From Eledone cirrhosa (lineage: Eukaryota): DNA of 64,000 bases. Below the pieces are notes generated by a model. That model did no database searches, was not told the origin of the DNA, and saw only the letters and a list, made by a program, of their open reading frames with translations. Of the stretch, positions 11,845 to 28,000 are shown one piece after another; positions within the stretch are counted from its first letter, which is position 1; each line of letters starts with the position of its first letter. Where the stretch lies: assembly GCA_964016885.1 (NCBI GenBank), contig OZ024744.1, positions 56,420,001 to 56,484,000 on the forward strand, written 5' to 3'. A program made the position numbers and the translations under genes.

Positions 11845-12339
11845 ATAATTAGCAAAACTATTTACTTCTCAGTCATTCTTTGTAGTGGCAATGTTTAGAT
11901 TACTTTTTGTATCTTTTTTTGTCCTTGATGTTATATATTTTTTTATTTTGGCTCTTTTATTTTTGATATTATTTTTATTTTATTATTTTCTTTCTTATGT
12001 CCATTTTTCATATTTTTTGCATTTTGATATCTTTGTTACTACTTGTATTTTTAAATGCTGCATAGACCAATACATGTCCATTACTCAAGTGAATATCCAG
12101 CAGACATCTTTACCAATCTCATCAATCTCTACACCCTTTCTCTCATGCCCTACATCGTTTTTTTCACCACCCTCTCTCTCCCCTCCCCCCTCTCTTTAAC
12201 TCTGGTTCAGTTTATATTTATTTCTTTATTTTCATGTTATATATATTTTAAATGTTGTTATATTTAGGGAGGGTCATGTTGTTCTAATATTGCCAAAAAA
12301 TAGTAAAACACTGTTTGGTTTGGTTTTTGCTTCAGTAGA

Positions 12340-13372
12340 TTATATACATTGCTGCTAAAAAGTGTTTAGCCCCCTAGGATATTCATGCTGACATGGTTGC
12401 TATATTAAGGGATGATGCTCCAGCTTTATGAGCAGTGCAAATGTGGGCAGCTGAATCTAAGAGGGGAAGGGAAAATCTTGAAGATGACCCAAGATCTGAA
12501 CATCCTGCAACTTCCACCACTGAGGAAAACATTAATTGTGTTCACACATGGTGATGTTTGTCAGGCAATTGACAATATTCCATGAGAGAGTTGAGAATAT
12601 TCTGTACAATGAACTTGGTAACTTGGCATGACAAAGGTTTCTGTTCAGTGGGTGCACCATCTTTTGACATCTAATCACATCTTGGGAAAATCTGACATTG
12701 TTTGAGACAAATCCAGCTGGTTTCCTTGTACGTTTCCTAACCCAGGATAAGTGTTGGGTTCATCACTTTGAGCCAGAGACAAAGAGACAATCCATGCAGT
12801 GGAAATACATTTCCTCACATATTCCAAAGAAGGCCAAGATCATTTCATCTGTAAGGAAGGTGATGGCCTCAATTTTTAGGAATGCAAAAGGCATTGTGTT
12901 TATTGACTATCTTCAAAAGGGCCACACCATCAATGGAAAGTTCTATGCCAACTTGCTGAGGCAGTTATGAAAGGCTATCAAAATCAACTGCCTAGGAAAA
13001 CTGATGAAAGAGTTCTTGTTTCATCAGGACAATGCTCCAGTAGATAAGTTTGGGGTTTCAATGGCTGCTGTGTATGACGGTCTTTGAACTGGTTAATCAC
13101 CCTCCATATTCTTCTGATTTGGCCCCACCTATCCATCATTTGTTCCCCAACATGAAAAAAACACTTAACTGGGAAGCAGTATTGCAGTGATGATGATGAC
13201 ATTTTTTACCAATAGGATGAAAGCTTCTTCACCAATGGGTTTCAAGCACTGCAACTCCACTGGAAGAAGTGTGTGAACCACAAGGGAGACTATGTTGGAA
13301 AATAAACCTCATTTAGTCACATTCCATGAGAGTGTCTTGGTCAGCCCATGAACTTTTCACCTGACCCTCATA
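12340..13372 (+). mobile_element. Mariner (D,D34D-type) transposon remnant with pseudogenised transposase and right TIR
   Basis: HTH region IHADMVAILRDDAP...LEDDPRS; TQDKCWVHHFEPETKRQSMQW; HQDNAP; HPPYSSDLAP; TIR ending CCTGACCCTCATA. Confidence 0.9.
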
Positions 13373-13709
13373 CACAATTTCACTTTATTATTTCTTAATA
13401 AAAATTATTAAAGTAGAGGCCTTTGTTATTGTTCATTGAATTGTGCTAATGGCAATTTCACATTCGACCTTCAACTTTCAACTACTGGTTAGGGAGACCA
13501 CACATCTTGACTCACTCAGACACACACACAATTCATTTGCTATAAGTCACAAACATTGCTTTATATGGAAGAGAGCAACTCATGAAACACACAACAAAAT
13601 AAAAGTTACTACTACAAATTCTGGCACACAATAAACACCTGACCAACCAAATCAACAATAGAAACAACATCTGGTCACAACAAACAATCATTTTAACTGT
13701 TGCTACACT

Positions 13710-13711
13710 CT

Positions 13712-13745
<34 letters not shown>

Positions 13746-14298
13746 CATACATACACACACACATACATACACACAGTCATACATACATACATACATACAT
13801 ACATACACACACATATGCATACATACATACATTCACACATACATACATTCAAACATACATACATATATTCACACATGCATACATACATACATACATTCAC
13901 ACATACATGCATTCACACATACATACATAAATACAGACATACATGCATTCACACATACATACATACATACATACATACATACATACATACATACACACAT
14001 ACATACATAAATACAGACATACATACATTCACACATGCATTCACACATGCATACATACATATATACATACATACCTACACACATACATATATACACACGT
14101 ACACACACATACATACATACACACGCATACATATATACACACGTACACACACACATAGATACATACACACACACATATATACACACATACACACACACAT
14201 ACATACATACACACACATACATATATATATACACACATACACACACACATACATACACACAAACACATACACATACATACATACATACATACACACAC
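13710..14298. repeat. (CATA)n/(CA)n microsatellite
   Basis: Periodicity seen directly. Confidence 0.92.
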
Positions 14299-14347
14299 AA
14301 GAAATAGGAAAAAAATATTAAATCTGTCCGTGTGTGTGCTTGAGCTG

Positions 14348-14382
<35 letters not shown>

Positions 14383-14495
14383 TTTCTGAGTATATGTTGG
14401 TTGTATACCAACACCTCAGTATGGCTGTCACCGAAATATATATAGCAGTAATAAACGAAGACAAATTTTAAACATTTGACTTATTTATTTTATTT

Positions 14496-14580
<85 letters not shown>

Positions 14581-14649
14581 GTACATATGCTTCTGAGAGT
14601 GTGAGTGTGTCTGTGTGCCTACAGCTGTCTGTAAATCCCTGTCATATAG

Positions 14650-14720
<71 letters not shown>

Positions 14721-14828
14721 TAAAGGAGTGTGTTGTGTTTGTGTGTGTGTGTATGTGTGCAGGACTGTGCCTGTGTGATTATCAAGGAGTGTGTTTGTGT
14801 GGGTGTCAGTATGTGTGAGTGCCCAGGG

Positions 14829-14876
<48 letters not shown>

Positions 14877-15164
14877 CTGAGTATTTGGTGGTGGTGGTGG
14901 TGGTGGAGCAGGGTAGATTTAAGAGCTGTAGAGGAAATGAATTTAAAATACATGATACATTGACAATATATAAAATAAAAATAAATAAAAGGTGAGTGAT
15001 AAACAGAAATATGAAAGATAAAAGGATTTTTTAAAATCTATTTATAAAGTTTTCTTTTTCTTTTTTTGTGAAAGCTTAACCTACATATTTTGGATGAAGC
15101 TTAGGTTCTGTGGACAAACGTTTGTCACAATAAAATAAAGAAATAATAATAATGATGATGATTT

Positions 15165-15430
15165 TTACTGTAGGCACAAGGCCAGCAATTTGGGGAGAGA
15201 GGAAAGTCGATTAAATCAATCCCAGTACATTACTGGTACTTTATTTTATCAACCATGTAAGGATGAAAGGTAAAGTGAACCTCGGCGAGATTTGAACTCA
15301 GAACGTAAAGGGTCATAACTCTATGGTGCAAAGCATGGTAAGGCCAGCAATTACCCAAGTACATTACTGGTACTTTATTTTATCAACCTTGTAATGATGA
15401 AAGGCAAAGTTAACCTCGGCGGGATTTACA
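15165..15430 (-). mobile_element. Two adjacent SINE copies (6440 family)
   Basis: GGCACAAGGCCAGCAATT...CTGGTACTTTATTTTATC...AAAGGCAAAGTTAACCTCGGC occurs twice. Confidence 0.8.
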
Positions 15431-15517
15431 ATGAATAGATATGGTGTGAGAAGTAAATAATCCGATTGTGACGAGACAAAGAAGAGGACCATATATTCTG
15501 CCTATATATTTACGTTG

Positions 15518-15885
15518 TATTCTTGGGTCCCAAATAATAGAGGGGGTGGAATAAGCGGGGACGCGGTCGGAGACTTGTTTAAATTCTTATAAACGGGGTG
15601 AGGAGGGGGGGGGGGATCGGCAATTGTATAGTGTATGTTCATAAATATGCGATTTCTTGTAATGTTATTTTTTGTCATATATAATGTTTTTATAATGTAA
15701 AATAAAATTATTATTAAATTCTCCAGCTGCTGTATCAATATGAATCACTTACAACAAAATTTCTCCTGAGATAGATTAGCAAAATTTAATAAGCGAGGGG
15801 GGGGGGGGGGGGGCATTTGGGGTTGGAAACAAATCTGAAAAATTAGTAAGTTGGGGGAGGAACAGTTATTCAAGACCTGAGAGTA
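15518..15885. mobile_element. TA-flanked MITE (Tc1/pogo-type) with degenerate TIRs
   Basis: Left TATTCTTGGGTCCCAAATAA versus right-end reverse complement TACTCTCAGGTCTTGAATAA. Confidence 0.55.
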
Positions 15886-15989
15886 TATCCTATATCAGTC
15901 TAGGCCTGCTTCACTCTCAAACCTCCCACATCTTCCATCATATAAAAAAACAACAACTCTCAGCTCCCTTGAATTTTAGAGAGTCACTC

Positions 15990-16237
15990 CAGGTAGAGCC
16001 ACAACTTCTCTGAATTGAGAGATACTATGGACACGTGGTTAGAATGTTTCAGGAAAGAATCACTGAACAGATTTTACGGGTAAAACCATCCATCCAGCAG
16101 GAGATCCAGAGATAGACAATGAACAAGATGGTTGGATAACATCCTTGAGCTGGTCTTGCTTGTGGATCAAGCTGGATCAATTGGAGATGGTTGCTTTTGA
16201 CAGGACCAGTTCAAAGGAATGTTTAAGGACTCTGCCC
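15990..16237 (+). mobile_element. RTE LINE C-terminal remnant
   Basis: LRYYGHVVRMFQERITEQIL motif (LRWFGHVxRM consensus). Confidence 0.7.
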
Positions 16238-16341
16238 TCAGAACACTCCCTGGAATAAGTAGGTGAAGAAGGAATTTTTCCTCTCTATTGGGGCCCCACA
16301 AAAGTTAATCTTGTGGGTAGACATAATCTTAGGTAGTAGAC

Positions 16342-16570
16342 TTAAACCTTTAGCATTCAAACCGGCCATTTCTGACCAGAATTCTGTCACCTCTTTCTGT
16401 TCAAACTGGCCGTAACTGGCCACTCATACTGTCATTAAGTTATAGTTCCCAAAATAAATAACACCAGCATCTCGTAAATTTGATATTATGTGAGATAATT
16501 ATGTAAGATAAGACCTTTACCATGAAAATACAATAGTAAATATAGAGTAATGTAAATGCTAAAGGGCTAA
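16342..16570 (+). mobile_element. TTAA-flanked MITE, family 1
   Basis: TTAA|ACCTTTAGCATT...AATGCTAAAGGG|CTAA. Confidence 0.75.
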
Positions 16571-18450
16571 TCTTGGGTGGTTGACTTAATTTTGAGAGGT
16601 TGACTTAATTTTAGTTGATAATCTTAATTTTGGGTGGTAGACTTACTCTTGGGTGATAATCTTAATTTTGGGTGGTAGACTTACTCTTGGGTGATAATCT
16701 TAAGTTTGGGTGGTAGACTTACTCTAGGGTGATAATCTTAAGTTTGGGTGGTAGACTTACTCTTGGGTGATTATCTTAATTTTGGGTGGTAGACTTACTC
16801 TAGGGTGATAATCTTAAGTTTGGGTGGTAGACTTACTCTTGGGTGATAATCTTAATTTTTGGTGTGGTGGTAGACTTACTCTTGGGTGATAATCTTAATT
16901 TTGGGTGGTAGACTTACTCTTGAGTGATAATCTTAATTTTGGGTGGTAGACTTACTCTAGGGTGATAATCTTAATTTTGGGTGGTAGACTTACTCTTGGC
17001 TGATAATCTTAATTTTTGGGGTGGTGGTAGACTTACTCTTGGGTGATAATCTTAATTTTTGGGGTGGTGGTAGACTTACTCTTGGGTGATAATCTTAATT
17101 TTTGGGGTGGTGGTAGACTTACTCTTGGGTAATAATCTTAATTTTGGGTGGTGGTAGACTTACTCTTGGGTGATAATCTTAATTTTTGGGGTGGTGGTAG
17201 ACTTACTCTTGGGTAATAATCTTAATTTTTGGGGTGGTAGTAGACTTACTCTTGGGTGATAATCTTAATTTTGGGTGGTAGACTTACTCTTGGGTGATAA
17301 TCTTAATTTTGGGTGGTAGACTTACTCTTGGGTGATAATCTTAATTTTGGGTGGTAGATTTGCTCTTGGGTGATAATCTTAATTTTGGGTGGTAGACTTA
17401 CTCTTGGGTGATAATCTTAATTTTGGGTGGTAGACTTACTCTAGGGTGATAATCTTAAGTTTGGGTGGTAGACTTACTCTTGGGTGATAATCTTAATTTT
17501 TGGTGTGGTGGTAGACTTACTCTTGGGTGATAATCTTAATTTTGGGTGGTAGACTTACTCTTGGGTGATAATCTTAATTTTGGGTGGTAGACTTACTCTA
17601 GGGTGATAATCTTAATTTTGGGTGGTAGACTTACTCTTGGCTGATAATCTTAATTTTTGGGGTGGTGGTAGACTTACTCTTGGGTGATAATCTTAATTTT
17701 TGGGGTGGTGGTAGACTTACTCTTGGGTGATAATCTTAATTTTGGGTGGTAGACTTACTCTTGGGTGATAATCTTAATTTTGGGTGGTGGTAGACTTACT
17801 CTTGGGTGATAATCTTAATTTTTGGGGTGGTGGTAGACTTACTCTTGGGTGATAATCTTAATTTTTGGGGTGGTGGTAGACTTACTCTTGGGTGATAATC
17901 TTAATTTTGGGTGGTAGACTTACTCTTGGGTGATAATCTTAATTTTGGGTGGTAGATTTGCTCTTGGGTGATAATCTTAATTTTGGGTGGTAGACTTACT
18001 CTTGGGTGATAATCTTAATTTTTGGGGTGGTGGTAGACTTACTCTTGGGTGATAATCTTAATTTTGGGTGGTAGATTTGCTCTTGGGTGATAATCTTAAT
18101 TTTGGGTGGTAGACTTACTCTTGGGTGATAATCTTAATTTTGGGTGGTAGACTTACTCTTGGGTGATAATCTTAATTTTGGGTGGTAGACTTACTCTTGG
18201 GTGATAATCTTAATTTTTGGGGTGGTGGTAGACTTACTCTTGGGTGATAATCTTAATTTTTGGGGTGGTGGTAGACTTACTCTTGGGTGATAATCTTAAT
18301 TTTGGGTGGTAGACTTACTCTTGGGTGATAATCTTAATTTTTGGGGTGGTGGTAGACTTACTCTTGGGTGATAATCTTAATTTTTGGTGTGGTGGTAGAC
18401 TTACTCTTGGGTGATAATCTTAATTTTAGGTGGTGGACATAATCTTAGAT
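16571..18450. repeat. Minisatellite with 38-bp unit GATAATCTTAATTTTGGGTGGTAGACTTACTCTTGGGT (43-bp variants)
   Basis: Roughly 45-48 head-to-tail copies. Confidence 0.97.
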
Positions 18451-18524
18451 GGTAGATCTGATCTGTAAATCAATTTAATACCACCACTTAAGACATTTGA
18501 TTGCCATTTGCAGAATTCCCTCTG

Positions 18525-18622
18525 TTACAAACATTTAGGCAAAGTTTCTTGTTTGAAGATATCTTGCTCCTCCTTCTCTCTCATCTCAGAGGCTTCCAAA
18601 AGGTCATTGGCCCCCAAAAGAC
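18525..18622 (-). CDS. Candidate terminal coding exon of an unidentified gene (xLLGANDLLEASEMREKEEQDIFKQETLPKCL*)
   Basis: Long polypyrimidine tract, CTGAT and TTCAG acceptor, then 98 nt open to TAA; unique sequence between two satellites; no homology recognised. Confidence 0.35.
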
Positions 18623-19029
18623 CTGAATAATCAGCAAAAAATTAAAAGAAAAAAGAAGAAAAAGAGAAAAATGTCTGAAATATTTGTTTTTCATTCCTCA
18701 ACAACTCAATTTGTTTGACATTTTTTTATTTTTATCAACAACAAATTCTTATGGATTAACTTTTACTGGCATAGTCACCACCACCACCACTGTCTCACCA
18801 CTGTCCACCACAACAATAACTACTTCCACAACCACCACTCAACAACAACCACCACTACCAACACCAACACCAACACCACCACAAACCACTGTCCACCACC
18901 TCCACCACCACCACCACAACCACCACCACCACCACCACCACCACCACCACCACCACCACCACCACCACACACAGAACCAATACCACTACCACCATCACTA
19001 TCACTACCACTACCACTGCTCCAACACCA

Positions 19030-22000
19030 TACCCTGAACCAACACCACTACCACTGCACGACCACTACACTCGGAACCAATACCACTGCTACCACCACCA
19101 CTGCTATCACCACCACTACCACTGCACTACCACCACACACAGAACCACCACCACTACTACCACCACCACTACTACTGCACCACCACACCCGGAACCACCA
19201 CCACTACTACTACCACTACCACTGTACCACTACATCTGGAACCACCACCACTACTACCACCACCACTACCACTGCACCACCACACCTGGAACCACCACCA
19301 CTACTACTACCACCTCACTGTACCACCACACCTGGAACCAACACCACTACCACTACTACTGTACCACCACACCAGGAACCAACACCACTACTACTACCAC
19401 TACCACTGTACCACCACACCCAGAACCAACACCACTACCACTACCACTGTACCACCACACCCGGAACCAACACCACTACTACTACCACTACCACTGTACC
19501 ACCACACCTGGAACCAACACCACTACCACTACCACTGTACCACCACACCCGGAACCAACACCACTACTACTACCACTACCACTGTACCACCACACCTGGA
19601 ACCAACACCACTACCACTACCACTGTACCACCACACCCGGAACCAACACCACTACTACTACCACTACCACTGTACCACCACACCCAGAACCAACACCACT
19701 ACCACTACCACTGTACCACCACACCCAGAACCAACACCACTACTACTACCACTACCACTGTACCACCACACCCAGAACCAACACCACTACCACTACCACT
19801 GTACCACCACACCCAGAACCAACACCACTACTACTACCACTACCACTGTACCACCACACCCAGAACCAACACCACTACTACTACCACTACCACTGTACCA
19901 CCACACCCAGAACCAACACCACTACCACTACCACTGTACCACCACACCTGGAACCACCACCACTACTACTACCACTACCACTGTACCACCACACCCAGAA
20001 CCAACACCACTACCACTACCACTGTACCACCACACCCGGAACCAACACCACTACTACTACCACTACCACTGTATCACCACACCCAGAACCAACACCACTA
20101 CCACTACCACTGTACTACCACACCCGGAACCAACACCACTACTACTACCACTACCACTGTACCACCACACCTGGAACCAACACCACTACTACTACCACTA
20201 CCACTGTACCACCACACCCAGAACCAACACCACTACCACTACCACTGTACTACCACACCCGGAACCAACACCACTACTACTACCACTACCACTGTACCAC
20301 CACACCCAGAACCAACACCACTACCACTACCACTGTACTACCACACCCGGAACCAACACCACTACTACTACCACTACCACTGTACCACCACACCCAGAAC
20401 CAACACCACTACCACTACCACTGTACCACCACACCCGGAACCAACACCACTACTACTACCACTACCACTGTACCACCACACCTGGAACCAACACCACAAC
20501 TACTACCACTACCACTGTACCACCACACCTGGAACCAACACCACTACTACTACCACTACCACTGTACCACCACACCCAGAACCAACACCACTACTACTAC
20601 CACTACCACTGTACCACCACACCCAGAACCAACACCACTACTACTACCACTACCACTGTACCACCACACCTGGAACCAACACCACTACTACTACCACTAC
20701 CACTGTACCACCACACCCAGAACCAACACCACTACTACTACCACTACCACTGTACCACCACACCCGGAACCAACACCACTACTACTACCACTACCACTGT
20801 ACCACCACACCCAGAACCAACACCACTACCACTACCACTGTACCACCACACCCGGAACCAACACCACTACTACTACCACTACCACTGTACCACCACACCC
20901 AGAACCAACACCACTACTACTACCACTACCACTGTACCACCACACCCAGAACCAACACCGCCACTACTACCACCACCACTACCACTGCACCACCACACCC
21001 AGAACCAACACCGCCACTACTACCACTACCACTGTACCACTACATCTGGACCCAACACCACAACTACTACCACCACCACTACCACTGTACCACCACACCA
21101 GGAACCAACACCACTACTACTACCACTACCACTGTACCACCACACCAGGAACCAACACCACAACTACTACCACCACCACTACCACTGTACCACCACACCC
21201 GGAACCAACACCACCACCACTACCACTACCACTGTACCACCACACCCGGAACCAACAACACTACTACTACCACTACCACTGTACCACCACACCTGGAACC
21301 AACACCACCACTACTACCACTACCACTGTACCACCACACCAGGAACCAACACCACAACTACTACCACCACCACTACCACTGTACCACCACACCCGGAACC
21401 AACACCACCACCACTACCACTACCACTGTACCACCACACCCGGAACCAACAACACTACTACTACCACTACCACTGTACCACCACACCTGGAACCAACACC
21501 ACCACTACTACCACTACCACTGTACCACCACACCTGGAACCAACACCACTACTACTACCACTACCACTGTACCACCACACCTGGAACCAACACCACCACT
21601 ACTACCACTACCACTGCACCACCACACCCAGAACCAACACCACAACTACTACCACCACCACTACCACTGTACCACCACACCAGGAACCAACACCACTACT
21701 ACTACCACTACCACTGTACCACCACACCAGGAACCAACACCACAACTACTACCACTACCACTGTACCACCACACCTGGAACCAACACCACTACCACTACC
21801 ACTGTACCACCACACCTGGAACCAACACCACCACTACTACCACTACCACTGTACCACCACACCCGGAACCAACACCACCACCACTACCACTACCACTGTA
21901 CCACCACACCCGGAACCAACACCACCACCACTACCACCACCACTGTACCACCACACCAGGAACCAACACCACTACTACTACCACCACCACTACCACTGTA

Positions 22001-25000
22001 CCACTACACCCAGAACCAACACCACCACTACTACCACCACCACTGTACCACCACACCCGGAACCAACACCACTACTACTACCACTACCACTGTACCACCA
22101 CACCAGGAACCAACACCACCACCACTACCACTACCACTGTACCACCACACCTGGAACCACCACCACTACTACCACTACCACTGTACCACCACACCCGGAA
22201 CCAACAACACTACTACTACCACTACCACTGTACCACCACACCCGGAACCAACACCACCACTACTACCACTACCACTGCACCACCACACCCGGAACCAACA
22301 CCACTACTACTACCACTACCACTGTACCACCACACCTGGAACCAACACCACAACTACTACCACTACCACTGTACCACCACACCCGGAACCAACACCACTA
22401 CTACTACCACTACCACTGTACCACCACACCTGGAACCAACACCACTACTACTACCACTACCACTGTACTACCACACCTGGAACCAACACCACTACTACTA
22501 CCACTACCACTGTATCACCACACCAGGAACCAACACCACCACCACTACCACTACCACTGTACCACCACACCTGGAACCACCACCACTACTACCACTACCA
22601 CTGTACCACCACACCCGGAACCACCACCACTACTACCACCACCACTACCACTGCACCACCACACCCGGAACCAACACCACCACTACTACCACTACCACTG
22701 CACCACCACACCCGGAACCAACACCACTACTACTACCACTACCACTGTACCACCACACCCGGAACCAACACCACTACTACTACCACTACCACTGCACCAC
22801 CACACCCGGAACCAACACCACTACTACTACCACTACCACTGTACCACCACACCCGGAACCAACACCACTACTACTACCACTACCACTGTACCACCACACC
22901 CGGAACCAACACCACTACTACTACCACTACCACTGCACCACCACACCCGGAACCAACACCACTACTACTACCACTACCACTGTACCACCACACCCGGAAC
23001 CAACACCACTACTACTACCACTACCACTGTACCACCACACCCGGAACCAACACCACTACTACTACCACTACCACTGCACCACCACACCTGGAACCAACAC
23101 CACCACTACTACCACTACCACTGCACCACCACACCTGGAACCAACACCACAACTACTACCACTACCACTGCACCACCACACCCGGAACCAACACCACCAC
23201 TACTACCACCACCACTACCACTGTACCACCACACCCGGAACCAACACCACTACTACTACCACTACCACTGTACCACCACACCCGGAACCAACACCACCAC
23301 TACTACCACTACCACTGCACCACCACACCCGGAACCAACACCACTACTACTACCACTACCACTGTACCACCACACCCGGAACCAACACCACTACTACTAC
23401 CACTACCACTGCACCACTACATCTGGAACCAACACCACTACTACTACCACTACCACTGTACCACCACACCTGGAACCAACACCACTACCACTACCACTGT
23501 ACCACCACACCCGGAACCAACACCACTACTACTACCACTACCACTGTACCACCACACCTGGAACCAACACCACTACTACTACCACTACCACTGTACCACC
23601 ACACCCGGAACCAACACCACCACTACTACCACTACCACTGCACCACCACACCCGGAACCAACACCACTACTACTACCACTACCACTGTACCACCACACCC
23701 GGAACCAACACCACTACTACTACCACTACCACTGCACCACTACATCTGGAACCAACACCACTACTACTACCACTACCACTGTACCACCACACCTGGAACC
23801 AACACCACTACCACTACCACTGTACCACCACACCCGGAACCAACACCACTACTACTACCACTACCACTGTACCACCACACCTGGAACCAACACCACTACT
23901 ACTACCACTACCACTGTACCACCACACCCGGAACCAACACCACTACTACTACCACTACCACTGTACCACCACACCCGGAACCAACACCACAACTACTACC
24001 ACTACCACTGTACCACCACACCCAGAACCAACACCACTACCACTACCACTGTACCACCACACCCGGAACCAACACCACAACTACTACCACTGTACTACCA
24101 CACCCGGAACCAACACCACAACTACTACCACTACCACTGCACCACCACACCCGGAACCAACACCACTACTACTACCACTACCACTGCACCACTACATCTG
24201 GAACCAACACCACTACTACTACCACTACCACTGTACCACCACACCCGGAACCAACACCACAACTACTACCACTACCACTGTACCACCACACCCAGAACCA
24301 ACACCACTACCACTACCACTACCACTGTACCACTACATCTGGAACCAACACCGCAACTACTACCACTACCACTGCACCACCACACCCGGAACCAACACCA
24401 CTACCACTACCACTGTACCACCACACCCGGAACCAACACCACTACCACTACCACTGTACCACCACACCCGGAACCAACACCACAACTACTACCACTACCT
24501 CTGCACCACTACATCTGGAACCAACACCACTACTACTACCACTACCACTGCACCACTACATCTGGAACCAACACCACTACTACTACCACTACCACTGTAC
24601 CACCACACCCGGAACCAACACCACTACCACTACCACTGTACCACCACACCCGGAACCAACACCACTACTACTACCACTACCACTGTACCACCACACCCGG
24701 AACCAACACCACAACTACTACCACTACCACTGTACCACTACATCTGGAACCAACACCACTACTACTACCACTACCACTGCACCACTACATCTGGAACCAA
24801 CACCACTACTACTACCACTACCACTGCACCACTACATCTGGAACCAACACCACTACTACTACCACTACCACTGTACCACCACACCCGGAACCAACACCAC
24901 AACTACTACCACTACCACTGCACCACCACACCCGGAACCAACACCACTACTACTACCACTACCACTGCACCACTACATCTGGAACCAACACCACTACTAC

Positions 25001-28000
25001 TACCACTACCACTGTACCACCACACCCGGAACCAACACCACAACTACTACCACTACCACTGTACCACCACACCCAGAACCAACACCACTACCACTACCAC
25101 TGTACCACCACACCCGGAACCAACACCACTACCACTACCACTGCACCACCACACCCGGAACCAACACCACTACTACTACCACTACCACTGCACCACTACA
25201 TCTGGAACCAACACCACTACTACTACCACTACCACTGTACCACCACACCTGGAACCAACACCACTACTACTACCACTACCACTGTACCACCACACCCGGA
25301 ACCAACACCACTACCACTACCACTGTACCACCACACCCGGAACCAACACCACAACTACTACCACTACCTCTGCACCACTACATCTGGAACCAACACCACT
25401 ACTACTACCACTACCACTGCACCACTACATCTGGAACCAACACCACTACTACTACCACTACCACTGTACCACCACACCCGGAACCAACACCACTACCACT
25501 ACCACTGTACCACCACACCCGGAACCAACACCACAACTACTACCACTACCACTGTACCACCACACCCGGAACCAACACCACAACTACTACCACTACCACT
25601 GTACCACTACATCTGGAACCAACACCACTACTACTACCACTACCACTGCACCACTACATCTGGAACCAACACCACAACTACTACCACTACCACTGTACCA
25701 CCACACCCGGAACCAACACCACTACTACTACCACTACCACTGTACCACCACACCCGGAACCAACACCACAACTACTACCACTACCACTGTACCACCACAC
25801 CCAGAACCAACACCACTACCACTACCACTGTACCACCACACCCGGAACCAACACCACAACTACTACCACTACCACTGCACCACCACACCCGGAACCAACA
25901 CCACTACTACTACCACTACCACTGCACCACCACACCTGGAACCAACACCACTACTACTACCACTACCACTGTACCACCACACCCAGAACCAACACCACTA
26001 CCACTACCACTACCACTGTACCACCACACCCGGAACCAACACCACTACCACTACCACTGTACCACCACACCCGGAACCAACACCACAACTACTACCACTA
26101 CCTCTGCACCACTACATCTGGAACCAACACCACTACTACTACCACTACCACTGCACCACTACATCTGGAACCAACACCACTACTACTACCACTACCACTG
26201 TACCACCACACCCGGAACCAACACCACTACCACTACCACTGTACCACCACACCCGGAACCAACACCACTACTACTACCACTACCACTGCACCACCACACC
26301 CGGAACCAACACCACTACTACTACCACTACCACTGCACCACTACATCTGGAACCAACACCACTACTACTACCACTACCACTGCACCACCACACCTGGAAC
26401 CAACACCACTACTACTACCACTACCACTGCACCACTACATCTGGAACCAACACCACTACTACTACCACTACCACTGCACCACTACATCTGGAACCAACAC
26501 CACTACTACTACCACTACCACTGTACCACCACACCTGGAATCAACACCACTACTACTACCACTACCACTGCACCACTACATCTGGAACCAACACCACTAC
26601 TACTACCACTACCACTGCACCACTACATCTGGAACCAACACCACTACTACTACCACTACCACTGTACCACCACACCTGGAATCAACACCACTACCACTAC
26701 CACTGTACCACCACACCTGGAACCAACACCACTACTACTACCACTACCACTGCACCACCACACCCGGAACCAACACCACTACTACTACCACTACCACTGC
26801 ACCACTACATCTGGAACCAACACCACTACTACTACCACTACCACTGCACCACCACACCTGGAACCAACACCACTACTACTACCACTACCACTGCACCACT
26901 ACATCTGGAACCAACACCACTACTACTACCACTACCACTGCACCACTACATCTGGAACCAACACCACTACTACTACCACTACCACTGTACCACCACACCT
27001 GGAATCAACACCACTACTACTACCACTACCACTGCACCACTACATCTGGAACCAACACCACTACTACTACCACTACCACTGCACCACTACATCTGGAACC
27101 AACACCACTACTACTACCACTACCACTGTACCACCACACCTGGAATCAACACCACTACCACTACCACTGTACCACCACACCTGGAACCAACACCACTACT
27201 ACTACCACTACCACTGTACCACCACACCCAGAACCAACACCACTACTACTACCACTACCACTGTACCACCACACCTGGAATCAACACCACTACCACTACC
27301 ACTGTACCACCACACCTGGAACCAACACCACTACTACTACCACTACCACTGTACCACCACACCCAGAACCAACACCACTACCACTACCACTGAACCACCA
27401 CACCCGGAACCAACACCACTACTACTACCACTACCACTGTACCACCACACCCGGAACCAACACCACTACTACTACCACTACCACTGTACCACCACACCCG
27501 GAACCAACACCACTACTACTACCACTACCACTGTACCACCACACCCAGAACCAACACCACTACTACTACCACTACCACTGTACCACCACACCTGGAACCA
27601 ACACCACTACCACTACCACTGTACCACCACACCCGGAACCAACACCACTACTACTACCACTACCACTGTACCACCACACCCAGAACCAACACCACTACCA
27701 CTACCACTGTACCACCACACCCGGAACCAACACCACTACTACTACCACTACCACTGTACCACCACACCCAGAACCAACACCACTACCACTACCACTGTAC
27801 CACCACACCCGGAACCAACACCACAACTACTACCACTACCACTGTACCACCACACCCGGAACCAACACCACTACTACTACCACTACCACTGTACCACCAC
27901 ACCTGGAACCAACACCACTACTACTACCACTACCACTGTACTACCACACCTGGAACCAACACCACTACTACTACCACTACCACTGTACCACCACACCCGG

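Noticed and set aside
15060-15140. GGATGAAG...AAACGTTTGTC hammerhead-like remnant
   Set aside because: Both core boxes are mutated and the stems cannot be supported
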